From positions 11,150,213 through 11,214,212 of the forward strand of contig OZ234493.1 of NCBI GenBank assembly GCA_965153455.1: a DNA stretch of 64,000 nt, read 5' to 3'. The first letter of the stretch is position 1, and each line of letters starts with the position of its first letter. Under the pieces are notes generated by a model. It ran no database searches. It was not told where the DNA came from and was given only the letters and a program-made list of their open reading frames with translations. The translations under genes and the position numbers were made by a program. Shown piece by piece: positions 37,563 to 50,200 of this stretch. This DNA comes from Sphagnum compactum. Taxonomy: Eukaryota.

Positions 37563-40500
37563 TCAGAATGGACTGACTTTACGGGCAAGTTGCAAAAGAA
37601 TTTCAGGCACAAGACGTCGGCGCATCATTGCTGTGGCATCTTCAGCTTTTGATTCTTCGTCATCAGCATGTACAATTGAAAGAATGTCGGCTAACAACTT
37701 ATCCTCACCACCACGCATGGGATCCTAAGATGTCAAAGAAAAATTATCTGTCATATGTTAAGACTGTGCTATCTGGCCATAGAGTATTCCAAGGACAGGA
37801 TCTGAGTCCACTGGGCAGGCCATGATCTTCATGAGAAGAGAATTAGGTTGATATGCGCTACTTATCATGGCCATCATGAAAAGGAAATAACCACACTAAG
37901 AGGTTAGGGAGGCCTGGTAAGAATGGTAATTGTGTTCCCTTGTTGTGAACAATAGGCTCTTAAGCCCTCTTCACACAATCTGAAAGGATTGGGTGCTCTA
38001 AAGCTCATCATCAGGTGAGCAACAAGAGACTGGGGAATCAACTTGTACCCTCTACACAAGGGAAACTATTTTCACACCAACAACAGAGACACCAATTTCA
38101 TAAGGAGGGTTTGGAAGAAAACCTGCAAGAACAAGTCTGTGTGTGTTTTGTCTGGGTACAAAACTGTTGTCACTTTTGCACCAACTGACCGTAATGCTTC
38201 TCCAAAAGTGACACTGCAACATACAATTTCACAAACTGTAAAGGAACTAACACAAGAACATCTCATTTTAAGACCATCCTTGAAGAATACAATGCAGTAA
38301 GAAGTATGTTCCAGTTACAGTACCTGGCCTCGTAAGGAATGGAGTAATCAGCTGTTCCGTGGAATAGTGTAATTGGTGGTAGTAAAGGAACTGCTTGGCG
38401 AAATGAAGGATCCATCACCATTATCTCTGGTGAGAAGAGTGGCAATGATTCCTCCCCCTCCATCACACTGCCAAACTCCGAAGAAGAATTTCGTTTATTT
38501 GCTCATAGACAGAAGAGAATGTTGAACAAAGCTTGTAAACCTTTTGTCTTCGGATCACTTGGTGTATGCTATTATATGCAACAAGGCTTAGTTTAGTTGT
38601 CACAATGCCAAAAAGTACCTCAAGAAAAATGACCGTGAGAGGCCTCGTTGATGGAAATATTCCCCAAGCTTGACAAGATTGTATCTGTTCAAGCACAAAC
38701 CCTTCATGATTAGCATCAACACCTTCCTGCTGGGACTGGAATCATACCTCAAAACTCCCTATTTGAAATTGAGCACCAACTGATTACCACTGCATGTTAG
38801 AAAGACCATGTAGTCATGACATGACAAACATGCACATCTAGCATCTGGTTGTAAGTTACTAAAAGCATTTGCTACATTTATTCTGAAACATGTCATCTAA
38901 GAATTCAAAGATCAACTAATAACAAGTGCTTTCATAAAGTTCAACGTTTTTATTCGGAGTTATACTATGAGATAATACTTTTGATCATAGAGTTAGGTGG
39001 CACATGTACATAGGGGGTTCACAACTCAGACTTTGGACATAACAAAATCCTTTCAGGGGTGGACAAGTTTTACCAGGCTGTAAGTTCTTCCATAGGTCAC
39101 TAGGTTTGGACAATTAGGATGATGCTTCACCCAATACAAGGGCACCAGCATGTCCCAAGTGGGTTTGGAACCTGCAATCTCTTGCAAAATGGTCATGAGC
39201 CCTGCAACTAAGCAACTCATGGCATGTGGCACAAATTGCAAAGGGCAGCCTCTATTCTCAAATGTTTCTTGCAGTCATGTTGAACTTGCTGCTTTGTTAA
39301 GGATCCATTTCCCATAATAAGTGAGTTCATTCACCACCTCAGGATTCTCTAAGACACTAATTTCTGTAAGTACAGAGAATTTCTCAACACTTACAATTCA
39401 AGTCAACCTAGACACAATTGAGAGAGTCCAGGTGTAAGCTAATATCAAGCATCAACCACTGTACTGAGTTTCTGTCACAACACCAGCAGTGATGGGAAAC
39501 CTCACCCATGATGCTAGGTGGCTCAAATAAACTTAGAATGGAAAGAGAAGAACAAAGAAAAAATAGGAAGGAAAAAAAAAACAAACAAACAAAAAAAGGC
39601 AACACTGGAAAAACCCAAAAAATAAAAGAGGAAGAAAACAGAGAAAAGGAAAACAGAGAGCATTGAGAGCAAAAACATTTGAGGATAAAATGTTAACTTA
39701 AAGTTTGAACTCCACAGTTAACAAGTAGGATGTGACTTGCTTACCCTCCAGAAATAGCTAAATAACCTCTCAATTGTGAGCTCCTCCAGACAATATTTGT
39801 AGGGTCATCAAAGTATTCTTTTTTGGCTTGCATTATCAAGGAACAAGCAGCGAGATGTGCCCCAGCCGATTGGCCTGCTAAAAATATCCTGCTTGCATTC
39901 AACACATTCCTTCTTATTAAACGAAAGATGTGTGCACAGCAAGTCATCTAAAAGTTAAAACTCCAGGCTCAAGAAGCATATGCATCATAGATTGTGTGCA
40001 CTATGTGCAGGATCTACTATGGCCCAACAACAAAAAGTGTGATTTGTGTTACAGACTAACCTGTCTGCATCACCACCATAGCTCCCAATATTTTGAATCA
40101 CATACCCTATTCCTGTTGTGACATCTGATACCATGTTGCTAATACAGCCTTGTGGGAAATTTCTGCAGGTTCACAACTTTGAACATTCTTCAATCCAGAA
40201 CCTACCACTCATCTGATAAAATATTGCTAGTACAGCCCTTGTGGAAAATTCATCCATTAAGTGCTTACTATCTCTGGTGGGGGCACTCTTGGGGGTTAGT
40301 TTTCGAGAATTTCTTTCTTCTCCCTAGTTTCCTGGTTGCATTGAAGTCCAGGTTAACCTTATACAACATATGTAATATGGTCTTGCAGCAGAACCCTAGG
40401 GATCTTCCAACTACTGGAGAGGATAAATTAAAAGAGGTATTTTCTCCAACCCTATCAAAATGAAATGGGGTTTCTGCAAAAATTATGTCATCACATAACA

Positions 40501-43500
40501 TAATGTGCAGGTGAAGGAACAGCACCTATAATCGATGCACACAACAATAATGTCTCGTTCAACAAGCTGTTGGCCTAGTAAAGTGCCCCAGGCCTTGTAC
40601 CTGTTAAACCCACCTTTCATCTCAAAATTGTGCACAGGAAAAATAGATTTTGAAAGTGGAACCTGAACAAATGTCAAGCTCAGACGGGCAGGCATTGAGG
40701 GGGGGACCATACATACCCAATGATCCAAGCACCACCTGTCACAAAAATCACCACAGGCTTTGGTTTATCTCTATCTGGTGGCAGATATAGGTCCAATCTG
40801 TCCAACATAGACCAATCATGCCCCAATTAAGTTGTCCTTACCAACCTGAGTTGGCATGCTTAATTTCAAGAACATGCAGACATAATTCCACACATTACAA
40901 CATATAAGGGAAAAAAGAAAGACATTCAACGATGTGGATCCAATTATCTTCTTGTTCACAACAGATTTGCAGGCTGTACCTGTTTCGGGGTTCGTCCCCA
41001 TACATGATGCTACGGTGGACACACTTGGAGAAATAGTAAAAAAAGCCCACTGCAAGAAAACTCCAAAAGACACCTTTCAATCTTTCCATTTACCAGAGAT
41101 CCTTCCACAAAGTGGCCACTAGAGGCAGTCAGTGAAAGTTGTGCGTTTGATGAAGGAAGGATGTATGGGCACTCTGTTTGGCAGGGTTCACATACCCTGC
41201 CTACTAGAGCTGAGCATTAAGTTACTAACTGGATTTATTAGTATGAGCATTTTATACTCTGGTGGAGGTTAGAGTGAATTGACATATTCTCACCTTGAAT
41301 GAAACCAGGCATAAGGAAAATTCCGTAGAGTCCCAAACGAATGATATTGATAATCCATCGGATTCCAATCCTATCACAGAACAAAGGTATTAGTAAGATG
41401 TGAATTGTTATACTGTCATGTTTTCAGAAACACAATGAGCTTTGTTATAATTGGACTAAAAGTCATAACTGGACTAAGAGTCCAAGCAGCAGTGCACATA
41501 AAAGTAGATGGGAAAGTGGGCACACCCAAGCCTTCGAAGAAGAGTTAGGGTTAGTCGAGAGATCAAGTGGGTTTCAGTAGTCTCATGGTCCACATTGTTG
41601 TGAAATCCCCTGAACCAACTCTGTTGGTATGGACCATGCAATTGATGATTCTCTGACCCAAGAGGAGGATGCTTGTGCTGTGACACAGTGGGGACAGAAC
41701 CAATTAATGAATGGTTTCTCCTTTGGTTGGTATGCAAGCTCATACAAACAAATGGAAAAAAAGAAGAGGCTTAAATCAGTTGATCACATACGTGGCGAGA
41801 ATGTCTTCTTCCCTCATGCAAAATATTAGTTTGCAAAGGTGGAATAATACTCCTGCTTGAGCAGTTCCCAGATTCTCCAGAAGATAATCCTGGTCTCCTT
41901 CCATCCACTGATAGTTTCTCTTCATCAACTGTAGTGTCCCTTTTGATTCCAGAGCTCCCATAGCTTAACTTTGTGTAGGAGCAGCATGCAAAACCAAGTT
42001 TGAGGCCTTCTGAGTTGAAACCAACATCAAGTACATGTGCTGGCAAGACTGTGTTTTTGTGCAGATCATCTGTTGTGAGAATCAAACTTGCTCCTTTCAA
42101 AAGGCTGAATTTTTGGACACCAGGACTTCTCCTGCTGCAAGCAGTACCATGTTGCTTCAACTTGTCTTTGAATGCAATCCTAACCTGGTGCAGTCTTGTT
42201 GCTTGGTGAAAGAGTTGTGTCTCATTCTGATTATTTGACTGAGTGTAACAATCTTCAGGGATTTGTCTCCAACCAGTGAGAGCTGTGGCTCGGAATCCAA
42301 AATGCTCTCTGCTGTGATGGTGTTTGGCTAGGTGAGATCCCAAGCAATCTGTAACACTGATCATGGAGACTCCACATCGGCTCCAACCTTTGCTGCAAAA
42401 ACATAAGTACTCCCTGGTCAGACATTCCATTAAAACACTAGTTTACATGGCAAAAGATACAGCAGAACTACACTTTAACAAATGACAAGGCTGCATTCAC
42501 TTGAGTTCCACATACATTCTGTAGAAAGAAAGACACTAACCCAAGGGTTTAGGGTTTAGGGCACAGTAAAGAACCAATACAGCAGAGAGGTAGTGTGTGA
42601 TGTGATCCCATTCTCCATTACATGTAGAAAAAAATCTGCTTTGTTTTTCTTGATCATGTAAAGTTCAACAATAGCAAAGAGTTGTGAAGCTACTTCTGAC
42701 ATAGAATGCTGTATAAAATCTGAAATAGAAATTACTAAATGATGCTGTCCATCTGCGAAGTGTTTCTAAAGTGGCCTGGACCTTCAATGTCGATGTATCT
42801 GCTGAAATCACTGCATACAAAGTTGAAAGGAATCTGTAAGTGCACACCATATTGTTGAATGCAATCCAAGAAAACTCATGAATTCTCATGAGCTTTCCAT
42901 AGAACTAACAGACACTCAGATGACAGCAAACCGAAACATCTATGGCACATCACTCTTCAATACTCAAGAGCAGCATATCAAGCTTGCTCGATCGATTTTG
43001 AGCTATTTTGCCATATTGAACAAGGTTTTTTTCCATTGCAAAATTCCAGCAATAAGAGTTTTCTCTGAACTACAAAACAAACAGTCTTGTGATTTGCCTG
43101 ACTTGCCGCACACAAGGTTCAATCAGTCCAAATGCAACAGCAAAGAAACAAAACCAAAATCACAACAATTGCAACAATCAAACCACAAAGTTACAGAAAC
43201 ACGGCTGCAACGACATGACAGCAAACAGAAACATTGATATCACATGACTCTTCAATGCTCAAGAACGGCTTGTTAGATCAATTAGAAGCTATTTTTCTGA
43301 ATTGAACGAGATTTTTTCTGTTGCAAAAGTCCAGAGACAAGAGAATTCTCTGAACTGTAAAACAAACAGATTTGCCTGACTTCCCGCAAACAAGGTTCAA
43401 TCAGTCCAAACGCAGCAGAAAGAAAGAAAAAAAAACCCACGACAATTGCAACAATAATCAAATCAGAGTCTTGCAAAAACACAGCAGCAACTACACCATA

Positions 43501-43505
43501 CCTCC
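37563..43505 (-). CDS. ICME: Isoprenylcysteine alpha-carbonyl methylesterase (ICME/PCME-like alpha/beta hydrolase)
   Basis: Minus-strand exons: 37563-37724 (DPMRGG..ARKVSPF*), 38123-38213 (KTHTDLFLQ), 38324-38467 ([10 protein letters not shown]), 38619-38684, 39745-39888 (GQSAGAH nucleophile elbow), 40061-40162 (NFPQG), 40526-40600 (YKAWG..IDYR), 40717-40797 ([15 protein letters not shown]), 40980-41049, 41294-41370, and an exon ending at 41526 ([17 protein letters not shown]). The 5' exons and start codon (between about 41.7 and 43.5 kb) are uncertain. Confidence 0.88.
42950..43475. repeat. Diverged direct duplication (period about 295 bp) in the ICME 5' region
   Basis: About 42950-43185 is similar to about 43245-43465 (ctcttcaat.ctcaaga...gatttgcctgactt..caaggttcaatcagtccaaa). 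Confidence 0.8.
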
Positions 43506-43599
43506 ATCAGATGCTCTCGATCTTAGTCTCCTCTTCCCTCCTGCTTCACACCGAGTCAGACCTTCCTGCAACAAAACTCTACACTCCGATCAATAATCC

Positions 43600-44070
43600 T
43601 TCTCGTAAAAAAGCGCTGCAGAAAGTCTTGAAACAGTCCTGTGAAGCGCTTTTCTCCCTTTCAGATGATCAGATTAGCGTACACACTAATCATGTTTAAG
43701 CTGATCAATTCACGCTAACCTGAATTAACGATCTTACTAATCACTGTTTAACTGAACATTACTCTTGAACAGACGGGCGTGCGTCGTCGGGCCACCCGAG
43801 AGTTGGCCTCACTGAACCCAGAGGAAAAGCGGGTCGACCACACGGCAAATCCAAATTCTCACACGTTTCGTGCAGCCCGGTTTCTTTTGAAAAGGATCAA
43901 AACCCTAACCCTAATTCTGAAACCCTAGCCCTAACCCTCCTCTTCCTGTACTTTGCATTTGGAAAAGCTTTCATGTTGTCCATTGTGTCGATCATGTCTG
44001 TTTGCTGGGCAGATAGAACCGAACCCAGGCCGACGTTTCGACAAGGATATGATCTCTTGGCAGCAGCGAA
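43600..44070. promoter_or_regulatory. Short bidirectional promoter region with telo-boxes
   Basis: About 0.5 kb between divergent ICME and monooxygenase genes; GC/CpG-richer patch at 43770-43880; AAACCCTAACCCTAA at 43900-43914 and aaaccctagccctaaccct at about 43921. Confidence 0.55.
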
Positions 44071-47000
44071 ATGGGTTTCAGATTGCAAGGATTAATGTTT
44101 CCTTGGAGACTACCATGTCTTCGCATTTTGCAGCATCTACAATTGCAGAGATTTGTAGCTTCGGAATCAGTTGCAAGATGCTCTTCGAAAGCGATGAGTA
44201 TGGAAGCAGTCCAGAGAAGTGATCCAGAGGAGGAGGAGGATGAGAAACTGGGGGTGTTGATAGTGGGAGCTGGCCCAGTTGGTCTCACTCTCTCCATTCT
44301 GCTCTCCAGTTATGGTAAGCTTCCCTGTGGCAGCAGATATGGCACACTCTCTCCCTTTCTCCATTATGCTCTCCAGTTATGGTGAGTCTCCCTCTGGCAG
44401 CAGATATGACTCTTTCTCCCCATTCTGCTCTCCAGTTATGGTAAGCTTACATATGACAGCAGATATGGCTCACTATCTCCATGCTGCTCTCTAGTTATGG
44501 TAAGCTTCCCTCTGGCAGCAGATATGGCTCTGTTCGTTGCCATTTTCCCTTCTTCTTGTGCCCTCCTCTTCCTCTGAATCCAGCATATGTGTTGTTCTTG
44601 TATTGTGGAATCTGTTGAATTCACCTGGTTTCCAGTAGCATGATTCTCTCTTCCAGACTGTCAGATGCTTCAAACCTAATGTCTAAGGGTAAGCTGGTAA
44701 ATGTAAGTTCTGATTTCTGGGTTCAAACTCATGCAAGAGGGATCGGAGAGGGTGGGAATTTTTCAGGCTTTTGTGCCTCAAGCTTGAGAGCAGATTCTAC
44801 TAGTTCCTTTTTGCTACAACTTGAATTGATGATTGTCTTGTGGATCTAAAGACTACAGAAGAAAGCTCTCTTCTATTGAGTATAGAAGCAGAAGATGACT
44901 TGATTTTACTATTGAATTTTGGTTTTAGTTTGCTGATTGCCAGTTGAGGGCTACTCATAATCTGCCATCAACCTCTTCTTATTGTCATTCAGACTTTTTG
45001 ATTGTCAGTATTGGATATTTTCTATTGCTGACTGCACAGCACATGGATCCTCCAACCTTGAGTGGGAAACTTTGGGCTAGGTGTGCGTTCTTTGGTGGTG
45101 GAGAGACGTTCAAAATTGTCGGACCATCCACAGGCGCACTTCCTTAATAATCGCACAATGGAGGTGAGGATGTTATGAAATGCTCATATAGGGTTTTGAA
45201 ACCAGCCCAAAATGCATGCTCATATCAAGGAAATTCAAAGTGTTTAATTCCCTTTGCAGATTTTCAGAAAGATGGAAGGGTTGTCAGAGGAGATAGAAAC
45301 AAAGCAACCACCTCTAGAACACTGGCGCAGGTTTGTGCACTGTACCACACTTGCTGGTCGTGTGCTTGGCACTGTGGACCATTTGCAACCTGAGGGTATG
45401 CTCCTGGCCATCCTCATCTTTCTATGTTTCTTTCTCTGTCAGTTTTGGGTTGATTGCCACAAGTCTATGCCAAGCAAGTTAGTGTACGACACACTCTCTC
45501 TGTCATTTGCAAAAGGCTTGCTCCTTGCAAACTGGGTAGGGTGGTGGCCATTGGGTTGTGGCATTCAACAGTCTTCTGTGTACTCTACGTTTGACTTTGA
45601 TCTGCATTGTGCCTATTTCTGACTCATGTTTCTATTACCTGAGTGAGGACCTGAATGTGAGGACTTTGTTTCTTCTAAATGGGTAAATGTTGGTTGAGAA
45701 CAATATTACTTGCTTGGGCATGTGCAGATGTACCTTCAGGAAGAAGTCCAACTTCTGTTGCCCATTTTTCTCAGCACCATCTTCTACCATTATTATTTGA
45801 AAGGGCCCAAAGGCTCGGCCGCAGATTAGAACCCAAAGCCTCTACTGTGAAGATAGCCTCATCAGTTCTTAATGCAGGACCAATTTTGATGGGCCATGAA
45901 TGTACATCAATCAAAAGCGGCTCCAATGGTGTCCTTGCAAGTATCTTTCCAACTCAGGTGTATGAGCCAATCAAGCCATTGACCAGTTGTTGCATCAATT
46001 GTTTTGAGACGCAACTGATTTTTTTGTTGGATACTTGGAGTCTATAGGTTTTCTGTAAGAAGCAGAGGGGAAAGCCTTTGTCTTCAGGTTCTGATCATCA
46101 GCAACTACCTCTTGTTCACTTGGCATTTTTCAATCCACCTGTTAGAGAACAGACGCATTGTCTCCTATTTTCCTCATTTGCTGTCATTTCCCTTCCAATT
46201 ACTTTTAGTAGTTTCCCAGTTTCAGAATGAAACCAATAGGGTGATAGATTTGTACCATGTTAAAAGCCTGCATTCTTTGTTCTGTTGTTTTTGCATTGGT
46301 GTTCTGCTTGAATCCAAGGGTCATCTTTGGAAAAGATTTTTTGTCATAGCATGTGCTTATACCGTCATATGCAAACTGATAGAGGATTTTGGGTCTAGGT
46401 GTCAGGCTGGGATTGGTCAGGGTCAAAAACTTGCATGTCAGTACTTGGTGGCAGCAGATGGAGCTGGAAGTTCTGTGAGAGAACTTGCAGGTGTGCAAAT
46501 GGAGGGTGATGAGAATTTGCAGAAGCTCATAAGTGTCCACTTTATGAGCAAGCAGTTAGGACAACACTTATTGGACTCAGTTCCAGGAATGTTGTATTTT
46601 GTTTTCAACCAAAGGGTGATTGCTGTCATTGTTGCCCACAATCTTGAGGCTGGTGAATTCATAGCTCAGGTTTCTTATCTGACGATGTCTTTGACTGGTT
46701 TCTGGATAAGGAGATTTGGGTATAAAGTTATTGAGCTTGAATCTTTGTCTCTAGAAACCTTCCACTTTTCTGTCAAATTTTAGAGCATATTGCAATCAGT
46801 GTCTCTTTATGCAGATGTGAGAGAAGTCTTTGATTATAAACATCCTAATCTTAAGGATCTTTCTATCTGCACAAGTATATGTAACTGAACTGGAATGGAC
46901 TTTTTTTGAACTTTGTACATTGCAGATTCCTTTTTATCCACCTCAGCAGCAGTTTGAAGAGTTCACTGAGGAGGTAATCTTATTTCTTGCCTCTTGTCAC

Positions 47001-49608
47001 TCTTACTATTCTGCTTCCTCCAACTTGTTTCAATGTCCGTTGAGGTTGTGTTTGGGTTTAGGTTTCAACATGGTGTTTTTTCTACATGTAGCAGTGATCT
47101 GTCAAGTATTGGACTTGACCTGGATTTTACTATTCAGGTCTGCAAAGGCATCATTTATGATGCAGCAGGGACAAGAGACATTGAAATTGAGGTCAAAACT
47201 ATTAAAAAATGGAGTATGCATGCTCAAGTGGCAGCCTCTTATTTTGACAAGTATGGCCGCATCATTCTTGTCGGTGATGCTGCTCACCGGTTTCCACCAG
47301 CAGGGGGCTTTGGTGATTACTTTTATCTCCATTCTTTGTTTGGGGCTCTGCTTATCTTCTCCAGCAGAGTTTTTGGGTTCGGATGGGTTGACTCGAAAGT
47401 GAAGCAGCTTGTCAACTTGAACATAAAAGTGTCTGCTGTGCTTGCTTTTCTTCAGCGCCAGTTCATCTGTTTTTGTCTGTTGTTGGTGTTTTTCATAGGG
47501 GTTTGGTATGGGTACTGGCAGGATTAAATACAGGTGTACAGGATGCCCATAATTTGGCATGGAAGCTAGCTGCTGTTCTCAAGGGCCATTGCCCAAGTGC
47601 CTTACTATTAACTTATGCCACTGAGCGTCGACCGGTGTGCACTGAAACTTTGATTTGAAGAACAGAGTTATTTATATATATATATATACATATACATACA
47701 ATGTTGCAATTTTTGCAATGGTCCCCAGAAGAATAGTGTACTGATGACTATTGATTGTGAGGATCATTGCTGCCCAGATTTACATAATTTGATGCACTGA
47801 AGCAGATAGAAGTGAAGCATATTTTGTTAGAGATGAGTCTTCAATCAGCAATTTTTTTCTGTCACAAAGATTTTATGATACTGACAAGTTGGGGTTATGC
47901 AGGTTGCAATAGCAAATACAGCCCTGAGCGTAGCAAATTTCAAAGCTGCCATGGCAGTTCCAGCTGCATTGGGCCTAGACCCTTCAGCTGCTAGGTCTGT
48001 TGAAACTGTTATATGGGCTCTGTCTGCTTGTTTCACATCATGTTCCAAGCGTGCGCTCTCATGGCTGGCTTTAGGTGTTTTTCTCAGTAGAAAGCAACTT
48101 AGCTCTGATAGCGCAGGCTTTCTTTTAAATGTGGTGACAGTTTTGTGATATGTCACTTCACATTGAATGCTGTAGTGAGTGTGAATCCCCATTGTGCAAT
48201 GTCATGGGCACTTGTAGCTAACAAGGTGTGTGTCTGTGATTCAACTGTTGGAGAATCATTTTGAGGAGGATTTTTTACTCTGTTTGCAGATTGGTACATA
48301 AAGTTGTCAACAGTGGTGTGGGGCTGTTGCTCCCGGAAAGATTCCAGGTCACACTTTTGGATGGCCTTTTTGCTATTGGCCGAGCCCAGGTGTCACCAGC
48401 TTTTCTTAGTAGCCTCAATCCCATTGGCTCAGCTCGGGTATTGGAAGTGCAACGGATATTACGAGAAGGGCAGAGTCTCCAGCTCCAGTTTCCTGCTGAA
48501 GATCTTGGGTTCAGGTTTGCACTAGCAATTATATCTGTCCAAAGAGAGTTCGAAGAGAATGTTACCAGTTCTGTTTGTTTCAGTGCTGCTTGATTAATTT
48601 GTCAAAATTGAGGGTGGTGTAGGTATTTGGAGGGAGCTTTGGTTCCAGAGGTGGAGGCACAACAACAAACCAACTCTCATCAGAATTTTCCTACAGGGAG
48701 GAGAAGGGAATATTTGCCATCAACTCAGCCTGGGGCACGGTTACCACACTTTCCCATCCACATGTTTTGTCTAAATCCTCCAGCAACCTCCAAGGTGTAC
48801 AAATTCTCCCCTTTGGAATCTTCATTGTTTCTCCCCTTGTTGTCTGGATAGTGATCAGCAATTCATAATGGGAGATCTAACAAGTTTTTACAAAGAAAGG
48901 GGGAGATATATATACACTCAGGAAAACCATAATTGTAGGGTTTTGGGTTTAGGGTACATTGTACCTGTCATTGGATGTTGACAGGTTCAAGAACCAAAAT
49001 CAGGATTTCCATTTTACTGCACATTCTGCAACTGTCCACAAATTTAGTTCAATATTTGGTGGCATCCCTCATGAGCTGTTCATGTAAAACAGGAGATTTG
49101 TTCAACTCTGGACCTTGTAAGCAGAGGTGGGAACAGAATGGAGTTTGTTCTTTTAGTTCAGAGTCACAGATCGGGTTGCTGTTGGGGGGATGCGGCTATT
49201 ACAGCAGGACAGGCTTTTGGAATCTGGGTAAAAGTTGTTTTTATCTGGCCATCAGGGTCATATGATGGTTTTCTTGGAAAATCCCATATCCATACAGAAT
49301 CTGCTGAGTTAGGCAATGAGCAAATGAGTCCTGACAAAGATATGTTTTCCAATGACAATGAAGCAACTGCTGTTTTTGAATGGAGCCAGAGAAACAAAGG
49401 CTGTGTTTTACATGCTGAAGAGGTGGGATCTGGTTGGCAGGACATCTTTGGCATCCCAGAAACTGGTGCTATTTTAGTTAGACCAGATGACCATGTTGCA
49501 TGGAGGTCAAAAGCAGAACCAAAAGCCTCTTCTATTCAAGAACTCTATTTAGCCTTTAGCAAAGTGCTGAAGAAACCCAATATTCAAGTTCCAAGATTTA
49601 TGCAGTAA
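44071..49608 (+). CDS. FAD-dependent monooxygenase (FAD_binding_3, phenol/aromatic hydroxylase type; At1g24340/EMB2421-like), 765 aa with probable organellar transit peptide
   Basis: 12 GT-AG exons: 44071-44314, 45081-45163, 45260-45395, 45728-45957, 46406-46669, 46926-46973, 47138-47312, 47522-47634, 47903-47994, 48290-48514, 48623-48794, 49093-49608 (2298 nt, phases consistent). Motifs: [72 protein letters not shown]. Confidence 0.94.
44288..44530 (+). repeat. Four tandem copies of the exon1/intron1 junction of the monooxygenase
   Basis: ctctccagttatg|gt(a/g)ag with GT at 44315, 44382, 44441 and 44500 (spacing 67, 59, 59). Confidence 0.93.
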
Positions 49609-49959
49609 ATAGTGTGCAAATTGTAAATTTGGCAGCAGCCCTTACTGAGGAAACAAGAGGATTCATACCTAGGTGAAAAATAAGCAGCAAGTTGGTACTT
49701 AAACTAGTGGGTGCTGTTCAAGATCCCAGAATTGACATGAGTGCCTTTGTGGCACGCACATGATTTGTTTTAGACACAGCAATTTAGAATACTAGATGAA
49801 GAAAATTGGCTGCAGTTTGATATGGACTCTTATTTTTTGTGTAATAAATGTAGTGATTGGGTGGCAAGTATCTTCTTCCCTCAATGTTTGATGTAAAAAA
49901 CTACAATGGAATTTTTGTGAATCTGTGCTAACTGACAGAAGTGTGCAAACAACTGGTGT

Positions 49960-50200
49960 GGGAAGCTTTACCATAACTGGAGAGCACAATGGAGGGTGAG
50001 ACCTGACTGCTCTGGCCAGCTCTCACTATCATCAACACCCTGAGTTGCTTACCCTCCTTCAGATCCCTTCTCTGGTGTGTTTTCCATACTCATCGCTTTT
50101 GAGTCTCTCATAAGTGATTCTGAAGCTACAAATTTCTGCAATTGTAGATGCCGCAAAATGTGAAGACATGGGTACTCTCCTCCCACGGAAACATTATTCT
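49960..50200 (-). pseudogene. Inverted diverged copy of monooxygenase exon 1 plus its donor site
   Basis: The reverse complement reads taatgtttcc..ccatgtcttcacattttgcggcatctacaattgcagaaatttgtagcttcagaatca..aaagcgatgagtatggaa..gtgctctccagttatggtaaagcttccc, matching 44092-44326 with substitutions and small indels. Confidence 0.9.

Noticed and set aside
41771-42430. 219-aa ORF as a separate gene
   Set aside because: It lies on the same strand within the ICME span and is probably a poorly conserved ICME N-terminal exon or UTR.
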